Shown here piece by piece: positions 50,578 through 62,600 of a stretch of 64,000 bases of DNA. The stretch is from positions 806,001 through 870,000 of the forward strand of contig MU008168.1 in NCBI GenBank assembly GCA_010909165.1. The letters run 5' to 3'. The DNA comes from Anthoceros angustus. Taxonomy: Eukaryota; Plantae; Anthocerotophyta. The notes below the pieces were generated by a model that ran no database searches, had not been told where the DNA came from, and saw only the letters and a list, made by a program, of their open reading frames with translations. Numbering within the stretch: the stretch's first letter is position 1; each line of letters opens with the position of its first letter. The translations under genes were made by a program, and so were the position numbers.

Positions 50578-50986
50578 GATGTTCTTTAGTTGTACTTTTG
50601 TAATTACTCTTGCTTCCCGTTTTTGGCTACTAAAATGCTAAAACTAAGTGGGAGTGTAGAAAACCTAGTTAGCGAATCATACTTCTACACTAGGTTAAGA
50701 GTTAGTTCTACATTTTAGTTACAACTCAGTTATGACGGTTTAATAACCGTATTCCTTGGACATATAGCCAAGGCTATTTTCCCTTTCAATACACTCTTCA
50801 TTTCATGCTTCCTTGCTCTTGCCTTTTTGCATCGTCTCTAAGCACCGCCACATGATGCACCTTCACACTTGCGCTGTTTGATCCAGGGCTGTCATCTCTT
50901 TAGGTGCCGCCTCACGAATTCTTGGATCGTGCTCTTTCTCTCCTACGCAGACCGCTTTTGGTCGAGGCATTTGGCTCTTTTATGCC

Positions 50987-53900
50987 ATGAACCCAACAAC
51001 ATCAACATCAGGATGGATACCACCAGGCAATTTTCCTAATTTTGCACCTGGACCTTTCTCAACAAGGTCAGGAGGAGGCACAGGATCGAACTTTACTTTC
51101 ACTGGGGCTGGAGCAGGATTTTCTTCAGCACAAGCATCAGGTTCAACCTACCCAGGTTTCCCTCAAGCACGGTATTACAACCCACTGCCAAGCTACGGAG
51201 CTGGACTTGGGAATCACGCCTACCACGGCTGGATTCGCCAACCCACCGGCGTTTGGGCTGGATTTGGGAATCCGTGAGTGGATATGGGCTTGGGCAGGCA
51301 AGGCAGGGTCGTGCAAGGATCCTTGCGATCCGCTGACTGGTCTGGAGTGCAGTGCTCACAAATCACATGCGAGCCGCCCAATAGCCTATCATCCTTCTAA
51401 TACACAATTGAGTTCAAGGGCGGGATAGGTTTAATGGGACTAAATATCCGTCTGGAGTGTTCGCGTCTTGCGCACTAGATACCGCGGCATGTGGGGTTGT
51501 TAGTGGGACGGATCCGACCACTGCGACTCTGCTCCACAAATTGATCGGGAGAGATGGGAGAATGCCAACAACGTGGCAGAGCCCTCATCATTAGTGGGCT
51601 TGATGAAGTGTTAGTGCGGGCGTCGCTTTCCTTACCAAGGCCGAGGACATCTGGACCACGGCTTACAAACTGCATCGATGTGAAGAATGTACTCACCATA
51701 TGTCTTTTGTCGAGTGGTCTGTTTACTCTTATGCGTGATGGTGATAAAGTTCTTTGCTTTTGTTGGAAAATTGAGCAACTTAGAGCTACCTTGATTTCCT
51801 TGGTTTTCCCATGCACACGGATCTTTGGCAAATCTGACTTTTGACCGACCTTCCACTGACTACCAGGTCTTTTGTCACTAGTTATGGTGCCACACTTGTG
51901 ATGCTTGGTAGCTGCGGTAGCAGTCGGCCAGTGATGATTAGCTGCGGATGTAGTTGGAGCTCTCTTTGGGGCGGTCTAGCAACCCATCGCACTCTAATTG
52001 GCGGGGACCAAAGCGGCAAGGTTCTCTCACATCCAAGTTCCGCCCAAGGCCGTGGCAAGCATTTTTTTGGCCTTCTAATTCAAGTCGGAATGGGTCAAGA
52101 GGACGGTGCACGCAATTGGTGCGGATCTCTTGGTCATTAGCGAGAATGTAGAAAGAAAAGTGGAGAACCTAAGAAGCCGAAGACTCTCTCAGCTCATTAT
52201 CTCCAAGCCTTCTAAGGCCGGCACATCGCAAGCCTCCCGTTATTGTAATTTTGTCTTTCCACCTTCGGGGTAGATGGCGCTTGGTACTTGGATTAGGCGC
52301 AACACCATCATCTGGCCGGACTTTGATGAGCAATTTTGTCTCGTTACACACCGCTGAACGGGTACTTTTGGGAGATGAGCTTACCAGAACAGGACTCAAG
52401 ATTCTTGGACGCGGCTCTTGCTCTTTTCAGTCATCTGATGGAGAGCTCCTTCGACTTGACAACGTCCTCTATGTGCAGCTGATGGCCAAGCACCTTCAAG
52501 TAAGCCAAATTATGCGACTAGTTTTCATTAACTTTTACCTCGCGGTATGCTCACCACCTGGTCCTTCACCTTCCACAGTTGGTAAGGGCACCTTTCATTT
52601 ATAATTTATATATCTTAGATATATTACGTACTAGAGTGTCAGTGTATTTGAGAGGTCTCGAGGACTCTAGCTCGATTGTGGCATGCCGTTTGGACCATGC
52701 TAACAAGGATAAACTCATAAAATGTCCAACTTAGAATGTTATAGAGAACCACTACCTAAGTGTTTTGGGACCTTCCCATATGTGATTCTTGCATATTATG
52801 GCGGAAAGAACTCCGTTTCCGACCACTTGTAGCTACGGATCAGTCCTAGACCTAGTTCATGCGAGATATCTACGGAAAAATACATGTTCCTTCTTTAGGT
52901 GGTTCCCTCTATTACCTCACCATTACTGATGATTTTAGCTGCTATTCCTGGACCTTTCCCATGAAAAAGAAGTCGGACACCTTTGCCTATTTTCAGGAAT
53001 GGCTTACCATGGTTCAAAGACAGACTGGCTGCTCTCTTCGATGCTTGAGGTCCGACAATGGTACGGAGTTTGTGAATGGACCTTTTGATGAGTACTTATC
53101 TGGACAAGGGATCATTCGGCAACTGAGCATTCCGTACACTCAGCAACAAAACGGTGTTGCTGAGCGCCGAAACCAAACTTTGCTCAGCATGACTCGGAGT
53201 ATGCTAGCTTGGTCTGGCTTGAGTAAGGCGTATTGGGCAGAGGCAGTTGTGACTGCCACCTACATACTCAACAGGTTGCTTACCACAGCTGTTCCTGATT
53301 GTACACCTTTCGAACGGATCTGGAAACGCAAGCCCAGCTTGCTCCATCTTCGTGTGTTCGGCTCCCCTGCCTATGCCTATATCCATGAGGAACTGAGGAA
53401 GAAGCTGGAAGATCGAGCTCGACCCCTTATTTTTGTTGGATATGGTGAGAGGCGAAGGCCTACAAGTTGTATGACCCCTCCACGGATCCTCGGTCTTTGC
53501 TCGGGCGTCACTTTCAAGAGCTCACTCAGCCCTCGACATCTTCTCACCTTACACTGCTCCTCACTTTGATGCTGCAGTTTGATGCCCCTCACGGAGTATC
53601 CTCAATATCTTTGCTTATGAACCGCCACCTCGCCCTCGTTTTTGATCAGCAGCTAGCTTGATTAAGGGGTGGAATTCCATATGTGCGATTTCATGAGCTC
53701 CCCACATCAGACCACGAGGTTCCGTGCAAGCACTTGCACCACCAACTCCTGCACCCAGCCCACAGTTAGTGCGACCACATTGTGGATTTTCACGGCGGCG
53801 GGATCACGAGAACTTGAGCAAGACCCAGGCGACCAAATTTGACACACAACATGTGGACACCCATCCTGATGTTCCTGACCAGCTAGAAGATGAACTGGTG

Positions 53901-56650
53901 GCGGTCCTTCTTTGAGATACAACGGTGAGGAGACACTTCCGAACTGCGATCGAGAGCGGAGGTATCCTACTAGGTCTCGTCACCGCGAGCAATTTGGAAC
54001 ACAAGACCATATGAACCAGAGGATTTTCGTCTTCCTCGATCTGCAAGGCTATGTGAAGCCCTCTCTACAAGCACTGCTCATCCAGAGAACCTACTTTGCT
54101 CTGGGAGAAGCTATCCTTTGGTGGGATAAGGCTCATTGGATTCCATCCATTCGGGATGAGTACTTATCTGGACAAGGATCATTCGGCAGCAGGCATTCCG
54201 TACACTCGGCAACAAAAGCGGTGTTCGGCGCGAAACAAACTTTGCTCGGCATGACTCGGAGTATGCTAGCTTGGTGCGGCTTGAGTAAAATGTTAGGCGG
54301 TTGTGACGCCACCTACATACTCAGCAGTTGCTTACCACGCTGTTCTGATTGTACACCTTTCGAGCGGATCTGGAAGCGCCCCGAGCTTGCTCCATCTTAG
54401 TGTGTTGGCTCCCACCGCCTACCTATATCCATGAGGAACAGAGGAAGAAGCTGGAAGATCGAGCTCGACCCCTTATTTTTGTTGGATATGGTGAGGAGAC
54501 GAAGGCCTACAAGTTGTATGACCCCTCCACCAGATCCTCAGTCTTTGCTCGGAGCGTCACTTTCAAGGAGCTCACTCAACCGGCTACGACATCTTCTCCT
54601 GCTTCTGCCCCTGCTCCTCACTTTGATGCTGCGGATTTTGATGCCCCTCCCACAGAGTATCCTCAATATGCTGCTTATGAACCGCCACCTCGCCCTCGTT
54701 TTTGATCAGCGACTAGCTTGATTAAGGGGTGGAATTCCGCATATGTCTCATGAGCTCACATCACGGACCGAGGTTCCGTGCAAGCACTTGCACCACCAAC
54801 TCCTGCACCCTGACCCACAGTTAGTCTTGCCTGTGGATTTTCACAGGCGGCGGGATCACGAGAACTTGCAAGATAGCGAACCGGTGACACACAACATGTG
54901 GACACCCATCTGATGTTCGACCGGCTAGAAGATGAACTGGTGGCGGTCCTTCGAGCACGAGATACAACCGGTGAGACTTCCACGAACTGCGATCGAGCGG
55001 AGGTATCCTACTAGGTCTTCACGCGCGAGGGAACACAAGACCATATGAACCCGGGAGGATTTTCGTCTTCTCGATGCGCAAGGCTATGTGAAGCCCTCTC
55101 TACAAGCAAACCTTTGCTCATCCGGTGAGAACCTACTTTATCTGGAGAAGCTATCACTTTGGTGGGATAAGGCTCATTGGATTCCATCCATTCAGGATGA
55201 GTACAACTCACTAATGAAGAATGAAACATGGGAGCTTTGCCCTCTACTGCTGGAAGGAGGCCAGTGTGCAAGTGGGTTTTCAAACACAAACTCAACGCCA
55301 AAGGTGAAATATCACGTTATAAATCACGACTTGTTGCTCGTGGGTTTTCTCAAGTAGCAGGTGTTGATTTTAACGTAACTTTTAGCCCGGTTGTGAAGAC
55401 TCAATCTATCCGGATGCTGTTAGCCTTGGCTGCAGCTAGGGATTGGGATCTGGAACAAATGGATGTCTCCATGACTTTCTCTATGGCGAGTTGGAAGACA
55501 TTTATATGGATCGGCCGAGGGCTTCGTGGATCTGAGCACCCAGTTGGGTATGTAAGCTTGAGAAGACCACATGTCTGGGCTCAAGCAGTGCGTGAGTGGT
55601 ACAAATGCATAGACAAGTATCTTCGCTCTATAGGTTTCCTGCAGAACCCAGCAGATGCTAATGTGTACGTCTACGCCAAGGGTGGTTACCTGGTTATTTT
55701 AGCTCTTTACGTAGATGATGCCATCCTGGCGTCAAATAATCGAGAGCTGTTAGATTGGGTTAAGGGCATGCTTCATAAACAGTATGATATGAAAGATATT
55801 GGCCCTCTCACTTTTGTTCTAGGCGTACAGCTTCTTAGGAACAAGGAAACACGTACTTTGGTTCTTCATCAAACCAAGTACATCGAAGAGACAATTCGGC
55901 GTTTTAATCTTCAGGATGCTAAGCCAGTTAGTACTCCTGGGTGTGTTGGTGTTAAGCTTTCTACTCTTCAGTGTCCTCAGGATGATGATGATCGAGAAGC
56001 CATGAGCAGTTCATATCGACATCGTTGCCTCAACTATATCATTCTTGGACACGACGACATCCAAAGATACATGAGTGCAATTTCACAATATCTGGAGAAT
56101 CTTGGCCAAGAACCTTTGGATGGCATTAAGCGGATTTTAAGATATCTAAAGGGACTTCTACTTTTGGACTCGCTTTCAAAGGCAAGACAATGACCTCACC
56201 TTGGCGGGATATGCTGATGCGGATTGGACGGCCGGCCGGATCAAGCGTAAAGCATCTACGCATCACCCCTCCTACTCTGTACAGCAATTGTTAGTGGAGT
56301 TGAAGAAGCGATCCATTTCTCTCTCATCCATCGAGGCCGAATATAAGGCTCTTACAGATTCAGCCAAGGAGGCCGAATGGGAGCGGACTTTCCTTGCTAG
56401 TTTGAACTTTCCACAGGCTATCCCTACAACCATCTTCTGTGACAACATGTCAACTATAGCGTTGGTAGGGAATCCTCGGTTTCACGCGCGCACCAAACAC
56501 ATAGAAATTCACCATCATTTTGTTCGACATTACATGGGAGCAAGGTGATCAAGATCAGTATATATCAACGAGTTGAACACGGTGATATGCTTACAAAGAG
56601 CTTACCGACAAACAAGCATGTTTTCCACATGGAGGCATGGGCACGGTAGA
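50987..56650 (+). pseudogene. Copia gag-pol, family C (many indels, internal tandem duplication)
   Basis: Gly/Phe-rich gag N-terminus, [48 protein letters not shown]. Confidence 0.85.
53087..55204 (+). repeat. ~1.05-kb tandem duplication inside family C pol
   Basis: Units 53087-54154 and 54155-55195; the junctions share GATGAGTAC (53087, 54155, 55196). Confidence 0.85.
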
Positions 56651-56800
56651 GTATTCTTCCTACTTGAGTTGCGGTGGAGGCGGTGCTCGGCCGGATGAAG
56701 CTTCTTGCACACACATAATCGTTCAACACTAAGCTCGTTTCCTCTTGACCATCTTCGTTTTTAAGTCTCGTCCTTGTGTAACAATTTGTCGTGGTTAAGG

Positions 56801-58005
56801 TGTTAAACTCCATAGTTTATTATAGTAACCATGGTCAGGGTTACTTAACTAGGGTTAAATATATTACTTAGGGTTTAGTATTTAAGACCAACTCTTTGTA
56901 ATCATTAATATCATTATTCATTATTCAAGTTTGTTGTTCTCTCTAAGCAATATTGTCATGGTATCAGAGCACGGTATCATCTATCTTCCGCTGCACTGCT
57001 AAGAGAGACATGCAGACATTTCCTACGGTGGAAAATGCCTCGCCGCAATAGGAACCGTGTGCCTGCAAACAAGAGTTTCTTTAATTTCATCACTGATAGA
57101 TATATCAGAGAGAGGGATCGTCTAGGGCGCACAGGCCAACTATCACGATCATCTTCATTAAACAGAACTCCTGCTCAGCCACAGGTTCCGCGGCGCAATC
57201 GGCCTTCTACATCTCCACATTACCCTGCCATACTGAACAGGTTTAGGGTATCACAGGATAGAAGGAATTCACAAATAACATAGGGCTGTGAGCAACCTTG
57301 CAGCCAAGGCAATCAAGCACAGGAAGCCTCGCGGCGATTTTTGCTTAGTGAGGTTTATGATGAACCCGTTGTTACCTTAGGAGACTTGCAAGTGATGCTG
57401 TTTCGACACACAACTCGCAATCAGGCACTTACGGGACAAATTTTTACGAAATCAACGCATTAATCAAGAATCCCTTTCGGCAAGGCAATTCAATGACCGA
57501 ATTGATGGCCCATAGTTGATGGGCATCGCCACACGATCTTGTGAATTTAGCGGGCATTGCCCGGCCTCCCTACCTAGCAAATTTGACAAATTTGCAAAAA
57601 GGGACGGGAGATTCGAAGAGTCGTGAGCTAGAAACCGAAAGGACGGCAATTAAGTTGAAGCGGCACGGCAACATCGTGCAGATCAGGTCAGCACGAGGGT
57701 TTAATTAATTAATTAATTAATTGATTGATTTTTAACCCATGAGCAAAGCCGAAAGCTCAACCGGCACATGCCGTATCGCTTCTCAACCGTCAACCATTGG
57801 CCACCCTTTCACCTTCCTGTGACCGTCAGGCGAACAGGATTCTGCTCCAACTTGCTTGAGGCAGGATTCGATCTGTGCACCCAGGAATATGAGAATTTCA
57901 GACTGGAGAAGATCCGGACAGGGTCTGATTTGTGCACCAGGCCAGGCTTTGATCTTTGCACTATTCATTATTCAAGTTTGTTGTTCTCTGTAAACAATAT
58001 TGTCA
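56801..58005 (+). mobile_element. Second family C LTR + PBS + 5' ORF + leader, ending in a truncated LTR tail
   Basis: 56801-57962 repeats 42772-43903; 57963-58005 is the last ~43 bp of the LTR. Confidence 0.8.
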
Positions 58006-58450
58006 TTTAACTTGACGAGCAGTCGATTGAGCTTCCAGGTCTTATTGGCAATTAGTGAGTCATATTGATTTTAGGAGCGAGATACTTTCCCACTCGACTA
58101 AGGGCTTCTTCTATGCTTGCAGGAACATCCTGCATCTCAATTGCGAAAAGGGCTTGATGCAGGGCGAGCTGGGTTGGATCTGCATTGTCAAGGGCTTGTA
58201 CATGAACTGGTACCTCTTCGGGTGGAATGGCTGCTTGACGAGAAAAAGAGTCTATGGGGACAAAGGGTGGATTCCTCCATTGATGGCTAGCTGGCCTGTG
58301 GCGAGTAGATCGCCTGAGAGGTGGTGGTTCAGGTTCAGGGATATTTACCTCATGGTCCTGCTGGTTTTGAATAGGAGGGTGTTCCACATGGTCGTCTGGT
58401 GTGTGGCGTGACTTTTGCTGATGGCCAGCCGGGCGCGCACAATCCCGTGT
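58006..58450 (-). mobile_element. Copia family D integrase-RT linker (likely continuation of 42017-42771)
   Basis: PPPLRRSTR...DVPASIEEALS...ANKTWKL, which normally directly precedes KPISCKW, seen at 42770. Confidence 0.7.
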
Positions 58451-59679
58451 CGTTGTAGGAAGAAGTCCGTTCCCAAGGGAATGATAGGCGTTTACGCGTT
58501 TGGTGATTCTTACCGTCCTTAGCGCTCGTTCGGTCTCAACACACACATACTCCTAACTTCTCCGCGTTCACTCTGGGCCGGTATGGCCAAGCGTTTGAGA
58601 CCCGTTCGCGTCCGTATCGTTCCGTACATCCCTCACGCATCGATCCTTTCCTCTCTCCTCCCTCACGCTACTCTTGATCTTAGAAAAAAGCGATTCTGAT
58701 CCATCCGGACCTCCTCGTTCGCGGGCCTCTCCGCTCTACCCCTCCAGTTCCTCCGGCTCACGCGTTCGATCCGTTCGGTGTGCCGGACCGCGGCTCCGCG
58801 CGGGTCACCGATCACCCTTCCTGCACACACCCAGCGTTAAGTCCGTCACGGGACCTTGATCAATCTCCCGGTAGGCGTGCACCTGACTCGGGACTCACGT
58901 TAGCAAGAAGACTCACAAGGTGCGCAGAGCGGCATCAACACCAAGAAAGATGCTTTACTAGGCGGCCTCGGCCCTCTTATCTGCGCCCAAGGTGGCGTCT
59001 TTATTACACCCCTATTACGGTGATAGCCACGGTATACCTAATCGGCCTACCCTATTTTCCCCCTATCTCCTTCATTGTGTGGGAAGGTCTGAGGCCCGCC
59101 TCGGAATGGGTGGTCAATCCCCGTCACGGCGGTTGTGGTGCAATCGGATGATCCGTGGCGGGCCTCCTCTCTCCGGAATCACAGCCGGGTTGGGCTCTGG
59201 CGGTCGACCGCGCCACGGCGTCATCCTCCCAGGCCTCCACAGGTCGCCCGGTGTGGGGCCACGGCTATCTGCTCCCCTAAGCGTAAGTCGAAGGGGCTCC
59301 TCCTTCTTGCGGCCGGTCCTCGAGGTCTGTCTCGACTCACGAACTTGAGTCGGCTTCACAGGTCGGCCGGCTAGGTCGACCTTGTCTCGGGTCCGGACCT
59401 CGGGGTCCGGTTATTACAGGTCCGGACTTGGTCGGACTTATTCCAGTCCGGACTTGAGTCCGCCTCCTGAGGTCGGACAAAGTCGGACTCCGCCCACCGG
59501 GTTTCCTCCCTCACGGGACTCCTCAGTGGCTCTCCCTCGAAGTCCTTCCCATTCCCGATCCGGTGACTCCGTTGGCCCCTCCTTCCATGGTGAGGTGCGG
59601 GGCTTACCTCGATCGCATCCGCTCCCTGTTCTGCTCCTCGGTTGCTCCTCTCCGCGCTCCGTCATCTCAAGCAGGGGCC

Positions 59680-62600
59680 ACTAGGGTTATTTTGCACACT
59701 TAGGAGGGATTGTATGTGATTAAGCCAGATCCGCCAATTTGCAAAAGGACCAGCTTTTTCATTACATTCCACACACACCAGTGGCCGGGCATCTAGATCG
59801 ATCAGCCCTCACGGGCCTCACGGCACGAGCCAGGCGCACGCCCTCACGGCCTCACGGTAGGATCACGGCGCGCCCCACGGCCTCACGGGCCTCAGCAGAT
59901 CAGCCCGCACGCGCCCACGGCCTCACCAGATCACCGCAGACGCCTCACGCCTCACCTGCAGCAGATTGCCGCGCCACGCCCCTCACGGCCTCACGGCGCA
60001 ACGACGCCCTCACGGGCCTCACGGTGACTGCACTGGTTTCCGACGGTGAGAAAGGGCGCAGGGATCGTATTCCTCGGCACCACTCGCACGGCCAGGATGC
60101 CCGCATAGCCCGGGATCAGTCGCATGGAGTGGAGGATCAACCCTTGGATCTGCCCGTGCCCATATCCACTTCTGCCTCGTGCAACCTGCAACACATCATG
60201 GCCGGAAATTGGCAGGATGAGGACATTAGCGCTGCCTCCCGAATTTCAGGAGGCCATGCTACGGGATGCGGTGTAGAAAACCTAGCTAGCGAATCATACT
60301 TCTACACTAGGTTAAGAGTTAGTTCTACATTTTAGTTACAACTTCGCTTATGACGGTTTAATAACCTGTATTCCTTGGACATATAGCCAAGGCTATTTTC
60401 CCTTTCACACTCTTCATTTCATGCTTCCTTGCTCTGCCTCTTTGCATCGCCCTGCTAAATCACACATGATGCACCTTCACACTTGCTACTGTTTGATCCG
60501 GTCATCATCTCATGGTATTAGAGCCTACTTCAGCGAGTGTGCTAGCGGTGGATCACCCTGGCACCTAATCTTCAAGATGCCTAGGCAGACTGATCAATTT
60601 CGTGCCGATCAGCGGAAGCAGGGGACTCATCTCCCTTGCTTGTCACGATTGTGATCAAAAGCGACGCCCCACAACCAGATGTCCCGCACCGGCACGAAGG
60701 GACGAGGGCCACCGGAGGAGCACCTACCGATCTGCTACACCCTTGCACTTTCGGTTGCGCGATCATATTCACACGAAATCAACTCGACTGCGAAGTTGCC
60801 AAGGGCGTCTTCAATCGCGCCCAAGGACACACCCGTCATGAGGGAGCAACGAAACCGCCATCTTCCGTGAACTCAGCAATCGGAGGCGTCAAGAGATCTT
60901 CTTATTAGGAGAATCTGCGAGGGTATTCGTCTTCTGCACTCCTTCTGTGATAATTTCCTCGTCAATGACCTTCCTCGTTCTGGTTTATCTGATGTCAACC
61001 TGCCCCATGCCATGCTTTAGCTTGCCTTTTTCCTATGCAAGCTCAGAACCAGGAAGGAAATGATGAGCCTCTTGACATTGCCTTCTTGTTTGCTGATGCC
61101 TTTACCTTCCCCTCTTGGGATTTCTCTCCTTCCAATTTGCTAGAGAGAGCTAGGCAAATACAATTTCAAACTGTTTTTCAGTCCATCCTCAACCCACCTG
61201 TCATGGCAGCTCAGCACTCTGCTGCAGCAGCCCTAGTTCCTCTGAAAATAGAGTTCAGAGACAAGGATAGATTTAATGGCACAGACTACCAGATTTGGGC
61301 TTTAAGACTTACCCAAATTTTTTAGGAGAATGAGCTTTTTTCCATCGTGGATGGGATGGTTAAAAGGTAACATTCGTGCTAGAGCGGTGATGATATCCTA
61401 GCCCGGCGGAAGGATAGAAGAGCTCGTTCAATTCTCATTGCTTCTCTAGACAAGACCATATGTTACCCCACTATAGGAGCCAAAGCGCCAATGACGTGTG
61501 GAAGGTATTTGATCTATCTATCGGATAAGAGCTCGGCATCCCTTGTTCATGCGATAGTTTCTTCAATTTGAGGATGAAGGAAAATGAGCACATTGAGGCT
61601 TACATTAACAAGTATAGAGCCCATAGGGCGAACCTTGCTTGTGGGGACCACTCATCGAGGTTCAAGCGAGCCGTCAGGTCTCCTTGCCTCATTACATGGG
61701 CCTACGGTTTGTTAGTAGCTTAACTCCACAATACATACATGCAGCTATGCTGCAGTGCAGCAGCCAGTTTCTGCGATCACTCTCGAAGAGATTATTGGAG
61801 CACTTCTTGGAAAGATCTGCATGTCACAAACCACGAGCTTCAAGCTCTAGTGGAGGAGCAAGGTCCTTTACTCTTCAAGAGGACATTGGCTTGGGCAGAG
61901 GCCGTGGCGGGCGAGGTTCTCCACACAACCAGCGTTTCAACAACATCAGGAATACCAAGAAGACTTTGTGTGTAATTGGTGTAAGATTCCCGGCCATTAT
62001 GAACGCGATCGTAATAGAAGAAACAAGGAGAGCCACGACGAGACACCGCATCACACGAGAGCAACCTCACAAAGGAGCAAGGCTGACCAACAATCTTGGC
62101 GGTTGTTTAAGTACCACCGTCAACCTCTTGGTTTTAGACTCGTGCAACCAACATATTTGCTTTGATAAGTCACTTTTTCCACTTTGTACCAGCGATAGCG
62201 TGCTTGTACTTCTGGGTGATGATAGTGGACTCTCTATCAAAGGGACTGGTTCTGTGACTGTACTTCTGCCAAGTTCTACTCACCTCATTTTGAGTGATGT
62301 CCTTTACGTACCTTCAATGACGAAGAATCTCATGTCAGTCATGAAGCTTGCACAGGACCACAACCTCAGTGTCTTTTGATCATCGGTGTACCATAACAAA
62401 GTCGTTAATATTTAGTGGAACCTCGCTCTGATCTCTATTTGTTAGACGTCTCTCTGCGATCATCGAGTAGTACCTATGCTCATGTTGCAAGCACACCATC
62501 TACTCACATATGGCATTGTTGCTTAGGCCATGTGAATTTTCGTCTTGCCACCCTTGTCAAAGGAGAGCGTATAGGGAACCCTCGATTTTACTTTTGACTC

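Larger units (their letters stand above)
44563..50902 (+). mobile_element. Full-length Ty1/Copia family B element nested in family C
   Basis: LTRs at 44563-~44797 and 50655-~50902 (tgtagaaaacctag...); PBS-like TGGTATTAGAGCC (clear in the copy at 60513); PPT AAGTGGGAG 50646-50654; gag-PR-INT-RT-RH. Confidence 0.92.
42772..56958 (+). mobile_element. Ty1/Copia family C element (LTR ~160 bp) containing nested family B element
   Basis: LTR 42772-42932 (TG..CA) followed by PBS TGGTATCAGAGCA; 5' ORF; gag from about 50987 (IEFKGRDRFNG); integrase 52859-53500; RT 55200-56190 (LYVDD); RNase H to about 56650; same LTR again at 56801-56958. Confidence 0.85.
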
